DNA of 64,000 nt from the sequence record PV683292.1; one strand, given 5' to 3'. Position 1 is the stretch's first letter. Each line of letters starts with the position of its first letter. Source of the stretch: Klebsiella phage HMGUkp2. A model generated the notes under the pieces. The model searched no databases. It saw nothing but the letters and a program-made list of their open reading frames with translations, and was not told the DNA's origin. A program made the position numbers and the translations under genes. Of the stretch, positions 47,442 through 55,871 are shown one piece after another.

Positions 47442-48337
47442 TGGCTTATTTCCGTGTACCAATCTTTAGTATGCGAAGCTATGAAACTGGTGAATACGCC
47501 GTCCTTAAGGACGGCAACTTCCAGTTACATTTGAATCGTGCTAGTGCTGGTGATATCATCGCGGTTCCACGTAATGCAAGTGATATCGAAGAGTGTAAAG
47601 AACTATTCCCAGAGTTTGAATTTGTCCCTCTTTGGTACAAGGAAAATGCTTATGAAACTCGTAAACATTTCTGGGAAGAAAATCAGTTTATAGTTGATTC
47701 TTTAGTTGATTACTACGACTGCTCTTATCTAGTGACAGATATTACTGGATATCAAGGCAAACACGAGGTATTCTTTGTTTTTAATATAACTAAAGACCCT
47801 GAGAATCCTCGGTATTATATTGACGAGTTTATTGACATTGACGTTGAATCTGTAAACAAGTCTGTAGCAACGTTTGTTCTTAATCATGGCCAGAAAGACG
47901 TTCTCGTAGCGGCAGGTGCAATTCCGGGCCGTATCTTTGTAGATCAACGGGTCATTAAGCCGAGTGTCATGGAACGTTATACGGAAGGCCTGGAACCAAT
48001 CCACCTTGATGGTATTTTTCATCCATTCCGTATCAGCGATCCGTGTTATCGTTTCGACCAAGTTGTCGAATGCGCTATTGCAGCAGATAGCGTCTTGTAT
48101 ATCACAGACCCGAACATGAGTTTCAAACGTGAACTGTATCCTGAAGAAGCAAAGATCCATGTTCTTCGTCTGTCTAAGAAAGAATACTATCAAGTACTAA
48201 TGGGTCGACCGACTATCCAGTACTTTGAAGACCCTGAAAAAGTGTTTCACCCTGGGTTAGCAGAGTTTATCTATTTTAATGCTAAAATAAATTCTCCATA
48301 TAATATTCCTGCTTATAACCATGTGGTAATTAATTAA
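47441..48337 (+). CDS. hypothetical 298-aa protein in beta-glucosyltransferase position, translationally coupled to hydroxymethylase (candidate DNA-modifying transferase)
   Basis: ATGA coupling; no motif I can assign. Confidence 0.45.
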   Translation: MAYFRVPIFSMRSYETGEYAVLKDGNFQLHLNRASAGDIIAVPRNASDIEECKELFPEFEFVPLWYKENAYETRKHFWEENQFIVDSLVDYYDCSYLVTDITGYQGKHEVFFVFNITKDPENPRYYIDEFIDIDVESVNKSVATFVLNHGQKDVLVAAGAIPGRIFVDQRVIKPSVMERYTEGLEPIHLDGIFHPFRISDPCYRFDQVVECAIAADSVLYITDPNMSFKRELYPEEAKIHVLRLSKKEYYQVLMGRPTIQYFEDPEKVFHPGLAEFIYFNAKINSPYNIPAYNHVVIN

Positions 48338-48362
48338 TAAGTTTATTTTGTAAACCAGGCGG

Positions 48363-48415
48363 TTTACAATGGTGTAGGAGCGTGTTAAAGTGTTCCTACA
48401 CATTTGGAGAAAACT
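48363..48415 (+). promoter_or_regulatory. early promoter-stem-loop cassette m
   Basis: GTTTACAATGGTGTAGGAGCGTGTTAAAGTGTTCCTACAC. Confidence 0.55.
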
Positions 48416-48856
48416 ATGAAACTTAAATCAATTATAGTACTGTCTGCATTAACTCTTACTGGCTGTGCTCAGACTGAAGGATACCCGTATCGTCTTTCTG
48501 ATGTAGGTACAATCTTTACTGTTGGTGGTAACAATATAGGTTATGTCCGTAACGCAAATGCTAATCAGGTTCACTATTCTAGCGACCATGAAGAAGCAAT
48601 GGCTATGAAACGAGAACATGACGCCAAGATGGATGCCATAATCGCCGGTGAGCAAGCAAAGCAACCTAAAAACTCACCATTCAAACGACAGTGTGAAATC
48701 AACTGGAAACTGGATGAAGCCGTACTTCAGCAGCGTTTAATGAATTCTTCTATTCATAACTACGAAGCTAACTATAAAGCCCTGAACAACCATAGGCTGG
48801 CTGCTTATTCCAAAGTGGAAAAGTGTATAGCTAAGGCTGAAGCCAAAGCAAAGTAA
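48416..48856 (+). CDS. lipoprotein
   Basis: MKLKSIIVLSALTLTGC lipobox. Confidence 0.55.
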   Translation: MKLKSIIVLSALTLTGCAQTEGYPYRLSDVGTIFTVGGNNIGYVRNANANQVHYSSDHEEAMAMKREHDAKMDAIIAGEQAKQPKNSPFKRQCEINWKLDEAVLQQRLMNSSIHNYEANYKALNNHRLAAYSKVEKCIAKAEAKAK

Positions 48857-48867
48857 GTTTAAAGATT

Positions 48868-48900
48868 TAATTGCTGTTAAACCTTAGGTGTATAATTACT
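48868..48900 (+). promoter_or_regulatory. possible MotA-type middle promoter for uvsX
   Basis: aTTGCTGTTA then TATAAT ~13 nt downstream. Confidence 0.25.
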
Positions 48901-48953
48901 TTACTTTCTAAACAACGTGAGAAAAATATAATGGTGACTAATGGTAAATATTA

Positions 48954-50123
48954 ATGTCCGATTTGAAATCTCGCCTGATTAAAGCTTCTACCACTAAACT
49001 GACCGCTGATCTGACTAAATCAAAATTGTTCAATGATCGTGATGAAGTTATGACACGAATTCCTATGCTGAACATCGCATTAGGCGGTAGCTTGAATAGT
49101 GGTTTACAAAGTGGCTTAACAATCTTTGCTGCACCATCCAAACACTTTAAAACTCTGTTTGGTCTGACTATGGTTGCTGCATATATGAAGAAATATCCGG
49201 ATGCGATTTGTCTGTTCTACGACAGCGAATTTGGTGCTTCTGAAAGTTATTTCCGTTCAATGGGTGTTGACCTGGAACGTGTTGTCCATACTCCGATCCA
49301 GTCAGTTGAACAACTGAAAATTGATATGGTCAATCAGCTGGAAGCTATCGAACGCGGTGACAAGGTGATTATGTTCATCGACTCTATCGGTAACACAGCC
49401 TCTAAGAAAGAAACACAAGATGCTTTAGACGAGAAACAGGTCGGTGACATGACTCGTGCTAAATCTCTTAAATCTTTGTTCCGTATCGTTACGCCTTATT
49501 TGACGATTAAAGATATCCCTTGTGTGGCTATTAACCATACAGCTATGGAAATCGGCAGTATGTATCCTAAAGAAGTTATGGGTGGTGGTACCGGCATTCT
49601 TTATTCTGCAAGTACCGTATTCTTTATTTCTAAACGTCAGGTTAAAGAAGGTACTGAACTGACCGGGTATGATTTTACTCTTAAAGCCGAGAAATCTCGT
49701 ACGGTCCAAGAGAAATCTACGTTCCCGATCACTGTTAACTTCAAGGGTGGTATCGATCCGTTCTCTGGACTGCTTGAACTGGCCACAGAAATTGGCTTTG
49801 TTGTTAAACCTAAAGCAGGCTGGTATTCTCGTGCTTTCTTAGACGAAGAAACTGGTGAAATGGTTCAAGAAGAAAAGTCATGGCGTGCTAAAGCCACAGA
49901 TGACGTAGAATTCTGGGGTCCTTTGTTTAAACACAAGCCATTCCGTGACGCAATCGAAACAAAATATAAACTCGGTGCTGTTTCTTCTATTAAAGAAGTT
50001 GACGATGCGGTTGCTGATCTGTTATCTTCTAAACCAACGTCTAAAATTCCGGTAAAAGCCAAATCAGCTCCTAGTGCTGCTGACATTGAAGACGAACTGG
50101 AAAATTTCGCTGATGAAGAATAA
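48954..50123 (+). CDS. uvsX: recombinase UvsX (RecA-like)
   Basis: 389 aa; MSDLKSRLIKAST.KLTA.LT.SK.FN..D ... high identity to T4 UvsX throughout. Confidence 0.95.
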   Translation: MSDLKSRLIKASTTKLTADLTKSKLFNDRDEVMTRIPMLNIALGGSLNSGLQSGLTIFAAPSKHFKTLFGLTMVAAYMKKYPDAICLFYDSEFGASESYFRSMGVDLERVVHTPIQSVEQLKIDMVNQLEAIERGDKVIMFIDSIGNTASKKETQDALDEKQVGDMTRAKSLKSLFRIVTPYLTIKDIPCVAINHTAMEIGSMYPKEVMGGGTGILYSASTVFFISKRQVKEGTELTGYDFTLKAEKSRTVQEKSTFPITVNFKGGIDPFSGLLELATEIGFVVKPKAGWYSRAFLDEETGEMVQEEKSWRAKATDDVEFWGPLFKHKPFRDAIETKYKLGAVSSIKEVDDAVADLLSSKPTSKIPVKAKSAPSAADIEDELENFADEE

Positions 50124-50454
50124 CTTCGAAGACCTGGACCTAGAGTCTCTGGCCGAAGAAATTGAAGCTGAAGCTCCCCTTGAAGAAGGGGAGTTTGAAC
50201 GTTCTCAAAGAATCTTCGACAAATCCCATAGTATAATCAAAGAAGCAATGGCTAGTGTTATCCAAGAAATGGTGATAAGATTAGACGGTGAAGAACATAT
50301 CGTTTATATCCATGAACTGGACATTAAGCCGAACGGTGAAGTGGCTGTTAAATTCAGTACACCGTCTGATAAAGACGTTTTATATCCTCACGTCGTGCAG
50401 TGTCTTAAAAGGCAATTTGAGATGGTGCCTAAAAAGCGAGGATTATTTTTCTAA
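50113..50454 (+). CDS. gene 40-like protein (by position/size)
   Basis: 113 aa ORF between uvsX and 41; ATG overlaps uvsX 3' end. Confidence 0.3.
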   Translation: MKNNFEDLDLESLAEEIEAEAPLEEGEFERSQRIFDKSHSIIKEAMASVIQEMVIRLDGEEHIVYIHELDIKPNGEVAVKFSTPSDKDVLYPHVVQCLKRQFEMVPKKRGLFF

Positions 50455-50463
50455 GAGGTCAAT

Positions 50464-51897
50464 GTGGTAGAAACAATTTTAGCTAATTTGCTTTTCAATC
50501 AGGCTTTCTTTAATAAAGTATGGCCTTACATGAAAGATGAATACTTTGAACGAGGGCCCGCTCTGACTTTGTTTAAAGCTATTCATCACCATGTCAACGA
50601 GTATAACGGAATTCCATCTAAAACTGCAATTAATATTGCGTTAGACAAGTCTTCTATGTCGGACGTGGAATTGAGCGGTGCTAAAGAACTTCTATCTAAA
50701 CTTACAGATGCTCCTGAAGATTTAAATTGGCTCACCAAAGAGACAGAAAAATATGTTCAAGAGAAGGCAATGTATAATGCTACTTCTCGAATTATTGAAA
50801 TCCAGGCTAATGACCAATTAGATGAAAAGCAACGTGATAAGCGTCTGCCTGGGGTAGGTGCTATTCCAGACATCATGCGTGAAGCCTTATCAGTATCATT
50901 CGATAGTTATATCGGCCATGATTGGATGGATGACTACGAAGCTCGATGGCTAGCGTATCAAAATAAATCTCGTAAGATCCCATTTAAACTGGATATCCTG
51001 AACAAAATTACCAAAGGTGGCGTTGAAACCGGCACATTGAATATTTTGATGGCAGGGGTCAACGTAGGTAAGTCTCTAGGTCTTTGTTCATTGGCTGCAG
51101 ATTATCTTCAGACTGGTCATAATGTCCTTTATATCTCCATGGAGATGGCCGAAGAAGTATGTGCTAAGCGTATCGATGCTAACCTTCTTGATGTATCACT
51201 TGATGATATTGATGACGGCTGTGTATCATATTCTGAATATAAAGCCAAGATGGAAAGATGGCGCAAGACCTCCACTCTGGGTCGTTTGATTATCAAGCAG
51301 TACCCTACAGGCGGTGCTTCAGCCAATAACTTCCGCGCATTGTTGAATGAACTGAAACTTAAAAAGAACTTCGTCCCAACAATCATCATTATCGACTACT
51401 TAGGTATCTGTGCTTCTTGTCGTATTAAGCAGTACACCGAAAACAGTTATACATTAGTTAAAGCAATTGCTGAAGAACTTCGTGGTTTAGCGGTTGAAAC
51501 CGAGACGGCTGTATGGTCCGCAGCTCAGACCGGACGTAGTGCTTGGGATTCAAGTGATGTCGATATGTCAGATGTTGCAGAATCAGCAGGTCTACCGGCT
51601 ACAGCAGACTTTATGCTGGCTGTAATAGAAACACCCGAACTAGCCGAGATGAAGCAACAGTTAATCAAACAGATTAAATCTCGATATGGTGATAAAAATA
51701 TCAATAACAAGTTCAATATCGGTGTTCGCAAAGGCAACCAGCGCTGGGTAGAAATTGCCCAAGAAGGCGGCCCGACCCATACTAATACCCAGCGTGAAGC
51801 CCAAGGCACCCAGATGAAGCAAGCTGCTAGTAATCTTCAGAAAAAGGTTTCATCGCGAGCTGATCTCGATAAACTAGCAGAAGATTTAAAATTCTAG
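50464..51897 (+). CDS. 41: replicative helicase gp41 (DnaB-like)
   Basis: 477 aa; MVETILANLLFNQAFFNKVWPYM ... GVNVGKSLGLCSLAADYLQ ... high identity to T4 gp41. Confidence 0.95.
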   Translation: MVETILANLLFNQAFFNKVWPYMKDEYFERGPALTLFKAIHHHVNEYNGIPSKTAINIALDKSSMSDVELSGAKELLSKLTDAPEDLNWLTKETEKYVQEKAMYNATSRIIEIQANDQLDEKQRDKRLPGVGAIPDIMREALSVSFDSYIGHDWMDDYEARWLAYQNKSRKIPFKLDILNKITKGGVETGTLNILMAGVNVGKSLGLCSLAADYLQTGHNVLYISMEMAEEVCAKRIDANLLDVSLDDIDDGCVSYSEYKAKMERWRKTSTLGRLIIKQYPTGGASANNFRALLNELKLKKNFVPTIIIIDYLGICASCRIKQYTENSYTLVKAIAEELRGLAVETETAVWSAAQTGRSAWDSSDVDMSDVAESAGLPATADFMLAVIETPELAEMKQQLIKQIKSRYGDKNINNKFNIGVRKGNQRWVEIAQEGGPTHTNTQREAQGTQMKQAASNLQKKVSSRADLDKLAEDLKF

Positions 51898-51957
51898 TTT
51901 ACATCTGTGTAGGAGCGTGATACTATGCTTCTACACAAACAAAGTGAGGAAATCGAA
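51897..51957 (+). promoter_or_regulatory. early promoter-stem-loop cassette n
   Basis: TAGTTTACATCTGTGTAGGAGCGTGATACTATGCTTCTACAC. Confidence 0.55.
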
Positions 51958-52239
51958 ATGAAAAAATCTATTCTTGCTTTAATTTTCGCTCTTTCTGCCT
52001 GCGGCGCACAACCGGCCTTTGCCAAAGCTGACTACAGTTCTCCGCTGTGCGAGTTAGCCATATCTTCTGATATGTCTGTACTACGAGGCGTAGTTATAAA
52101 AGAGCTCGAAAAAGCCGCTGATAAAAATCAATTAGCTCAGATCAAAAACATCAACAACGGAGAGATAGTTGTAGCTGCAACTAATCTTTTCTGTGAAAAC
52201 CTTAGTGCTAAAGAAACTTTAGAGTGGATTGGATTATGA
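51958..52239 (+). CDS. lipoprotein
   Basis: MKKSILALIFALSAC lipobox. Confidence 0.5.
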   Translation: MKKSILALIFALSACGAQPAFAKADYSSPLCELAISSDMSVLRGVVIKELEKAADKNQLAQIKNINNGEIVVAATNLFCENLSAKETLEWIGL

Positions 52240-52514
52240 GAACTTACATTATGTACCACCAGGCTTGTATTTCCGGTCTCTATACCAGGTGTCCCATTAT
52301 GTCGGATGCCAAGTGGGAAGTAGTATTAGACCGTGGAAGTACTGATAAAGTTGTCTTTGGTCACGTTCTGTCTGAGACATTTGTCTGTAAACCTACAAAG
52401 CGACAACTGAGAAAACTGCGCTGTGCTTTCCGAAAGGACTGGGAACAGATAATTCAACGTCAAGAATTTGAAAATTCGTGGGAAGGTATCCATTGCGATA
52501 TTGTTGGTTTATAA
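52236..52514 (+). CDS. Cys-rich hypothetical protein
   Basis: ATGA coupling; 92 aa. Confidence 0.4.
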   Translation: MRTYIMYHQACISGLYTRCPIMSDAKWEVVLDRGSTDKVVFGHVLSETFVCKPTKRQLRKLRCAFRKDWEQIIQRQEFENSWEGIHCDIVGL

Positions 52515-52517
52515 ATA
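52510..52517 (+). promoter_or_regulatory. late promoter consensus TATAAATA
   Basis: exact TATAAATA ~18 nt upstream of AAAGGAGAAAG RBS of 52536 ORF and upstream of gene 61. Confidence 0.45.
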
Positions 52518-52535
52518 GGCAAAAAGGAGAAAGCT

Positions 52536-52703
52536 ATGACTTTGCTTGATCAGTACAAACAATCTTTATCTGAAATGGTCGCTGGTGATTCTGGCGGCTC
52601 TCCATCTGATATCGCTTCTGGTACAACTACGGGCGATGTTGTCAATAAGGGTCCTGAAACCCTTTCTAAGAAAAAGCGCAAAGATAAGCCTTCTGAAGAG
52701 TGA
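52536..52703 (+). CDS. small hydrophilic protein (55 aa)
   Basis: strong RBS AAAGGAGAAAGCTATG; preferred over overlapping track ORF 52546..52740. Confidence 0.4.
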   Translation: MTLLDQYKQSLSEMVAGDSGGSPSDIASGTTTGDVVNKGPETLSKKKRKDKPSEE

Positions 52704-52726
52704 TATAATAACTCCAAGAGGTAAAT

Positions 52727-53746
52727 ATGAACTTTGTTGACTATGAATTTGCAGAACGGGCTTTGTCTGTTCTGCCTCGTTATCGAAAACTCCCAGGAAG
52801 TACTTTTAAATTAAACTGTCGTTGTCCTATCTGTGGTGACTCTCAGAAGAACCAAATGAAAGCTCGTTTTTGGTGCTTTGAAGTAGAGGGTGGACTACGC
52901 GTAGGATGTTTCAACTGTGACTACAAGGCTTGGTTCGCCAAGTTCCTTAAAGAAACAGATGAAACGCTGTACCGTGAATTCTTGCTAGAACGTCGTAAAG
53001 AGAACATGTATAGGGAGAAAAAGGCCCCATCTATCTCTGAAAAGATTAAAGCAAAGATGCCCGTGATTAAGAGGTTGCCAAATTGTGAGCGTCTGGATAG
53101 ATTACCAACCGATCACCCTATTATTAAGTATGTTAAGGCCCGTTGTATTCCTGAAGTAAACTGGAAGCGTTTATGGTTTACTATGGAATGGCCTGCTCTT
53201 GTTAACTCAGTTAATCCAGGAACATATAAAGATGAAAAGAGCGAACCGCGCTTGGTTATCCCAATCTTCAACGCCCGAGGAGACATCGAGTCATTTCAAG
53301 GACGTGCACTTCGAAAAAATGCTCCGCAGAAATACATCACAATCAAAGCACACGAACACGCAACTAAAATCTACGGGCTCGATACAGTGGATGAGTCAAG
53401 ACTCGTATGGGTCATGGAAGGACCAATAGATTCGTTGTTTGTACCTAATGCTATTGCTATTACAGGCGGATCTATGGATTTGAACACGGTTCCTTTTAAA
53501 GGGAACCGTGCTTGGATTATGGATAATGAACCTCGGCATGAGGATACCATTAAACGTATGAAGAGGTTGGTAGAAGCTGGTGAACGCGTCGTGTTCTGGG
53601 ACAATGCTCCTTGGGCATCGAAAGACATCAATGATATGATTAAGGACGAAGGGGCTACGCCTGAAGAAATACTCAAATACCTGAATATGAATATTGCTTC
53701 TGGGCTGATGGCTAAAATGCGGTTAAGCCGTTATGCTAAAGTTTAA
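52727..53746 (+). CDS. 61: DNA primase gp61
   Basis: 339 aa; N-terminal zinc ribbon CRCPICGDSQKN...CFNCDY and TOPRIM region. Confidence 0.85.
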   Translation: MNFVDYEFAERALSVLPRYRKLPGSTFKLNCRCPICGDSQKNQMKARFWCFEVEGGLRVGCFNCDYKAWFAKFLKETDETLYREFLLERRKENMYREKKAPSISEKIKAKMPVIKRLPNCERLDRLPTDHPIIKYVKARCIPEVNWKRLWFTMEWPALVNSVNPGTYKDEKSEPRLVIPIFNARGDIESFQGRALRKNAPQKYITIKAHEHATKIYGLDTVDESRLVWVMEGPIDSLFVPNAIAITGGSMDLNTVPFKGNRAWIMDNEPRHEDTIKRMKRLVEAGERVVFWDNAPWASKDINDMIKDEGATPEEILKYLNMNIASGLMAKMRLSRYAKV

Positions 53747-53943
53747 GATGGAACTCCAGTAAAAAAGCTTACAATACTCAATATATGCTCTATAGTAACT
53801 TGTGGGAGTACCACTCCTTGGGTAGCCGCTATAGGGACTACCAAAAGGTTCCAAAGGAACACATCTAGGGCAAGGAAGCCCAACATCAAGTTCCTGTCTT
53901 TTTTATCTGATAATTTCCAAATTTGGTAAAATATCGTTCCCAT
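53743..53943 (-). CDS. small membrane protein, late-expressed, opposite strand
   Basis: minus-strand ORF with AGGAGG RBS 7 nt upstream of ATG and exact TATAAATA on minus strand at 53963..53970. Confidence 0.5.
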   Translation of the reverse strand: MGTIFYQIWKLSDKKDRNLMLGFLALDVFLWNLLVVPIAATQGVVLPQVTIEHILSIVSFFTGVPS

Positions 53944-53962
53944 ATTATCCTCCTATTAAAGG

Positions 53963-53970
53963 TATTTATA
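53963..53970 (-). promoter_or_regulatory. late promoter TATAAATA (minus strand)
   Basis: revcomp of tatttata; positioned ~20 nt upstream of minus-strand gene start. Confidence 0.45.
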
Positions 53971-53971
53971 G

Positions 53972-54253
53972 ATGAATAACACCCAGCACGCACTTCTTAA
54001 GTTATCAGAAGAGTGCAATGAGGTAGCACAGATTTGCTCTAAAATTATGCAGTTCGGCTTCGACTCCGAATATGACGGTAAGACCAACAGAGAACGTCTA
54101 ACTGAGGAGCTTAACGATATTCTAGGGGCTGTTCTAAATTTGACCCTAGAAACTGACTTCAGGTTCTCTGAAGACGTGGATGCTAAGTGGGCCAAGGTAG
54201 ATAAAATGATTCGCTACAGAGAAATCTCTAAAAACTTAGGTTTTGTTCAATAA
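53972..54253 (+). CDS. small all-alpha protein, possibly MazG-like NTP pyrophosphatase
   Basis: 93 aa; LSEECNEVAQ...RERLTEELNDILGAVLNL pattern. Confidence 0.3.
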   Translation: MNNTQHALLKLSEECNEVAQICSKIMQFGFDSEYDGKTNRERLTEELNDILGAVLNLTLETDFRFSEDVDAKWAKVDKMIRYREISKNLGFVQ

Positions 54254-54256
54254 GCA

Positions 54257-54312
54257 GTTTACATCTCTGTAAGAGCATTGTATAGTGCTCTTACAAACTA
54301 AAGGAGAGTATC
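54257..54312 (+). promoter_or_regulatory. early promoter-stem-loop cassette o
   Basis: GTTTACATCTCTGTAAGAGCATTGTATAGTGCTCTTACA (perfect 10-bp inverted repeat). Confidence 0.6.
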
Positions 54313-55074
54313 ATGAAAACTATCTTAACTGCAATTGCTTTAACTATCGCTTCCTTTTCAGCTCAAGCTGCTTCATTTGACTGCTCTAAAGCTTCTACTA
54401 AAGTAGAAAAACTGATTTGTTCAGATGCATTAGTTTCTGACTTGGATTCGAGCCTTAACAAGGTTTATAATTCAATCAAAGAAAAGCCTGTTGAAGACCA
54501 GCGGGCTTGGATTAAAAATGTCAGAAACAAACAAACTACTGTAGAAGGTCTTGCATACGTTTATGCTTCCCGTATAGAAGAACTCGCTAATAATGAAAAG
54601 TACGAGTATACTGTAGTAGATATGCCTAAAGAGCCAGTGAAAGAAGTTAAAGAAGTTAAAGAAGTTAAAGAAACTAAGCCTAAATCCATAGTAGACAACT
54701 TAAAAGAACATGTGGCTAAAGGCTATATCGAAGCTGATGGGCGCAGAATTTCTTTAGAAGTCTTAGACAAGTTCGGCGATACCTATTTGGACCGGTGTAA
54801 CATAAAAATGGCTTATAACCAATTTGAGCGGATCGAATCTGAAGTTTACCGTTCGGCCCCTATTAGGGATGTTGCATGGCTTGATGCAAATAAAGAAGCT
54901 ATTGTAATAGCTTTAGCAAACACTAGTACTGCGCTTATTGAAACGCCGGAAGATGAAGCTTCTTTCCTAGATGCATGCAAAGACCTATTTAAGAAAGAAG
55001 AAGCCCGGTTAGAAAAAGAAAAAGAAAACCGGCGTTTGACTGAAGAGTTCTTTGAAAACGCTAAAAAGAACTGA
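54313..55074 (+). CDS. secreted DUF1311/LprI-N-terminal-like protein with KEV repeats
   Basis: Signal peptide; DCSKASTKVEKLICSDALVSDLDSSLNKVY; 9-bp tandem repeat gaagttaaa x3-4 encoding KEVKEVKEVKE. Confidence 0.45.
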   Translation: MKTILTAIALTIASFSAQAASFDCSKASTKVEKLICSDALVSDLDSSLNKVYNSIKEKPVEDQRAWIKNVRNKQTTVEGLAYVYASRIEELANNEKYEYTVVDMPKEPVKEVKEVKEVKETKPKSIVDNLKEHVAKGYIEADGRRISLEVLDKFGDTYLDRCNIKMAYNQFERIESEVYRSAPIRDVAWLDANKEAIVIALANTSTALIETPEDEASFLDACKDLFKKEEARLEKEKENRRLTEEFFENAKKN

Positions 55075-55118
55075 GTATATAATTACTCTACTTACCACAC
55101 TGAACTGAAAGGAATAAC

Positions 55119-55634
55119 ATGCCACATTTTAACGAATGTAGTCAACTGATTGATGGGGTTGATAAAGCTCAGGCTGCATATGATAGCCTTATAGCAAAAC
55201 ATTCCGACCCTCTTCAAGTTATGCTTAATATGCAAAAATCTCTGCAGGTTCGTCTTGCAAATGACCGTGAATACTGCTATCATCCAGATAAATTAGAAAC
55301 TGCTGGCGATGTGGTTTCTTGGATGCGTGAACAGAAAGACTGTATTGATGATGAATTCCGTGAATTACTGACTTCACTTGGTGAAATGTCACGTGGTGAA
55401 AAAGAAGCGTCCGCAGTCTGGAAAAAATGGAAAGCACGTTATACAGAAGCGCAAGAAAAACGTATTTCCGACATGTCTCCTAAAGACCAGCTTGAAATTA
55501 AATTCGAAATGATCGATATTCTTCATTTCGTTCTTAACATGTTCCAGGGCCTAGGTATGACGGCTGAAGAAATTTTCAAATTGTATTATCTGAAGAATGC
55601 CGAAAATTTTGCCCGTCAAGACCGGGGCTATTGA
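55119..55634 (+). CDS. 56: MazG-like dCTPase/dUTPase, gp56-like
   Basis: 171 aa (T4 gp56 size), all-alpha NTP-PPase pattern, position between primase and soc. Confidence 0.6.
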   Translation: MPHFNECSQLIDGVDKAQAAYDSLIAKHSDPLQVMLNMQKSLQVRLANDREYCYHPDKLETAGDVVSWMREQKDCIDDEFRELLTSLGEMSRGEKEASAVWKKWKARYTEAQEKRISDMSPKDQLEIKFEMIDILHFVLNMFQGLGMTAEEIFKLYYLKNAENFARQDRGY

Positions 55635-55813
55635 TGGCTACAAGAATATCTAAACGCCGTTTAAAAATCAAAAGAAAACAAAAAGAAAGGGCCTTGGTAA
55701 AGGTCCTTCAAGAAGAAATTACTCGTGAAATCGACCGAGAAATCTTAAAAGCATTAGACCCTTTAAATGAGGTGTTCCGTATTGCGGTTGATGGGGCCAA
55801 TGAAAAGCCCTAA
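55631..55813 (+). CDS. small basic protein
   Basis: 60 aa. Confidence 0.35.
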   Translation: MMATRISKRRLKIKRKQKERALVKVLQEEITREIDREILKALDPLNEVFRIAVDGANEKP

Positions 55814-55871
55814 AAGAGTTAGTAAAAATGAGTTATAAATACTCCTGATATTAATCATAAAGGGGTATAAT

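Noticed and set aside
47729-48193. 154-aa minus-strand ORF
   Set aside because: Antisense within the 298-aa + strand gene, which is translationally coupled to the hydroxymethylase.
52546-52740. Track ORF 52546..52740 (64 aa)
   Set aside because: No RBS; overlaps the RBS-bearing 52536..52703 ORF in another frame; hydrophobic composition looks frame-shadow-like.
53956-54195. 79-aa minus-strand ORF
   Set aside because: Overlaps the + strand 53972..54253 ORF and would start inside the minus-strand late promoter/RBS region of the 53743..53943 gene; no RBS of its own.
54650-54690. Short direct repeats (gaagttaaa x3-4) considered as a possible CRISPR-like or repeat element
   Set aside because: In-frame coding repeat (KEV)n inside a secreted protein gene; no spacers; not an array.
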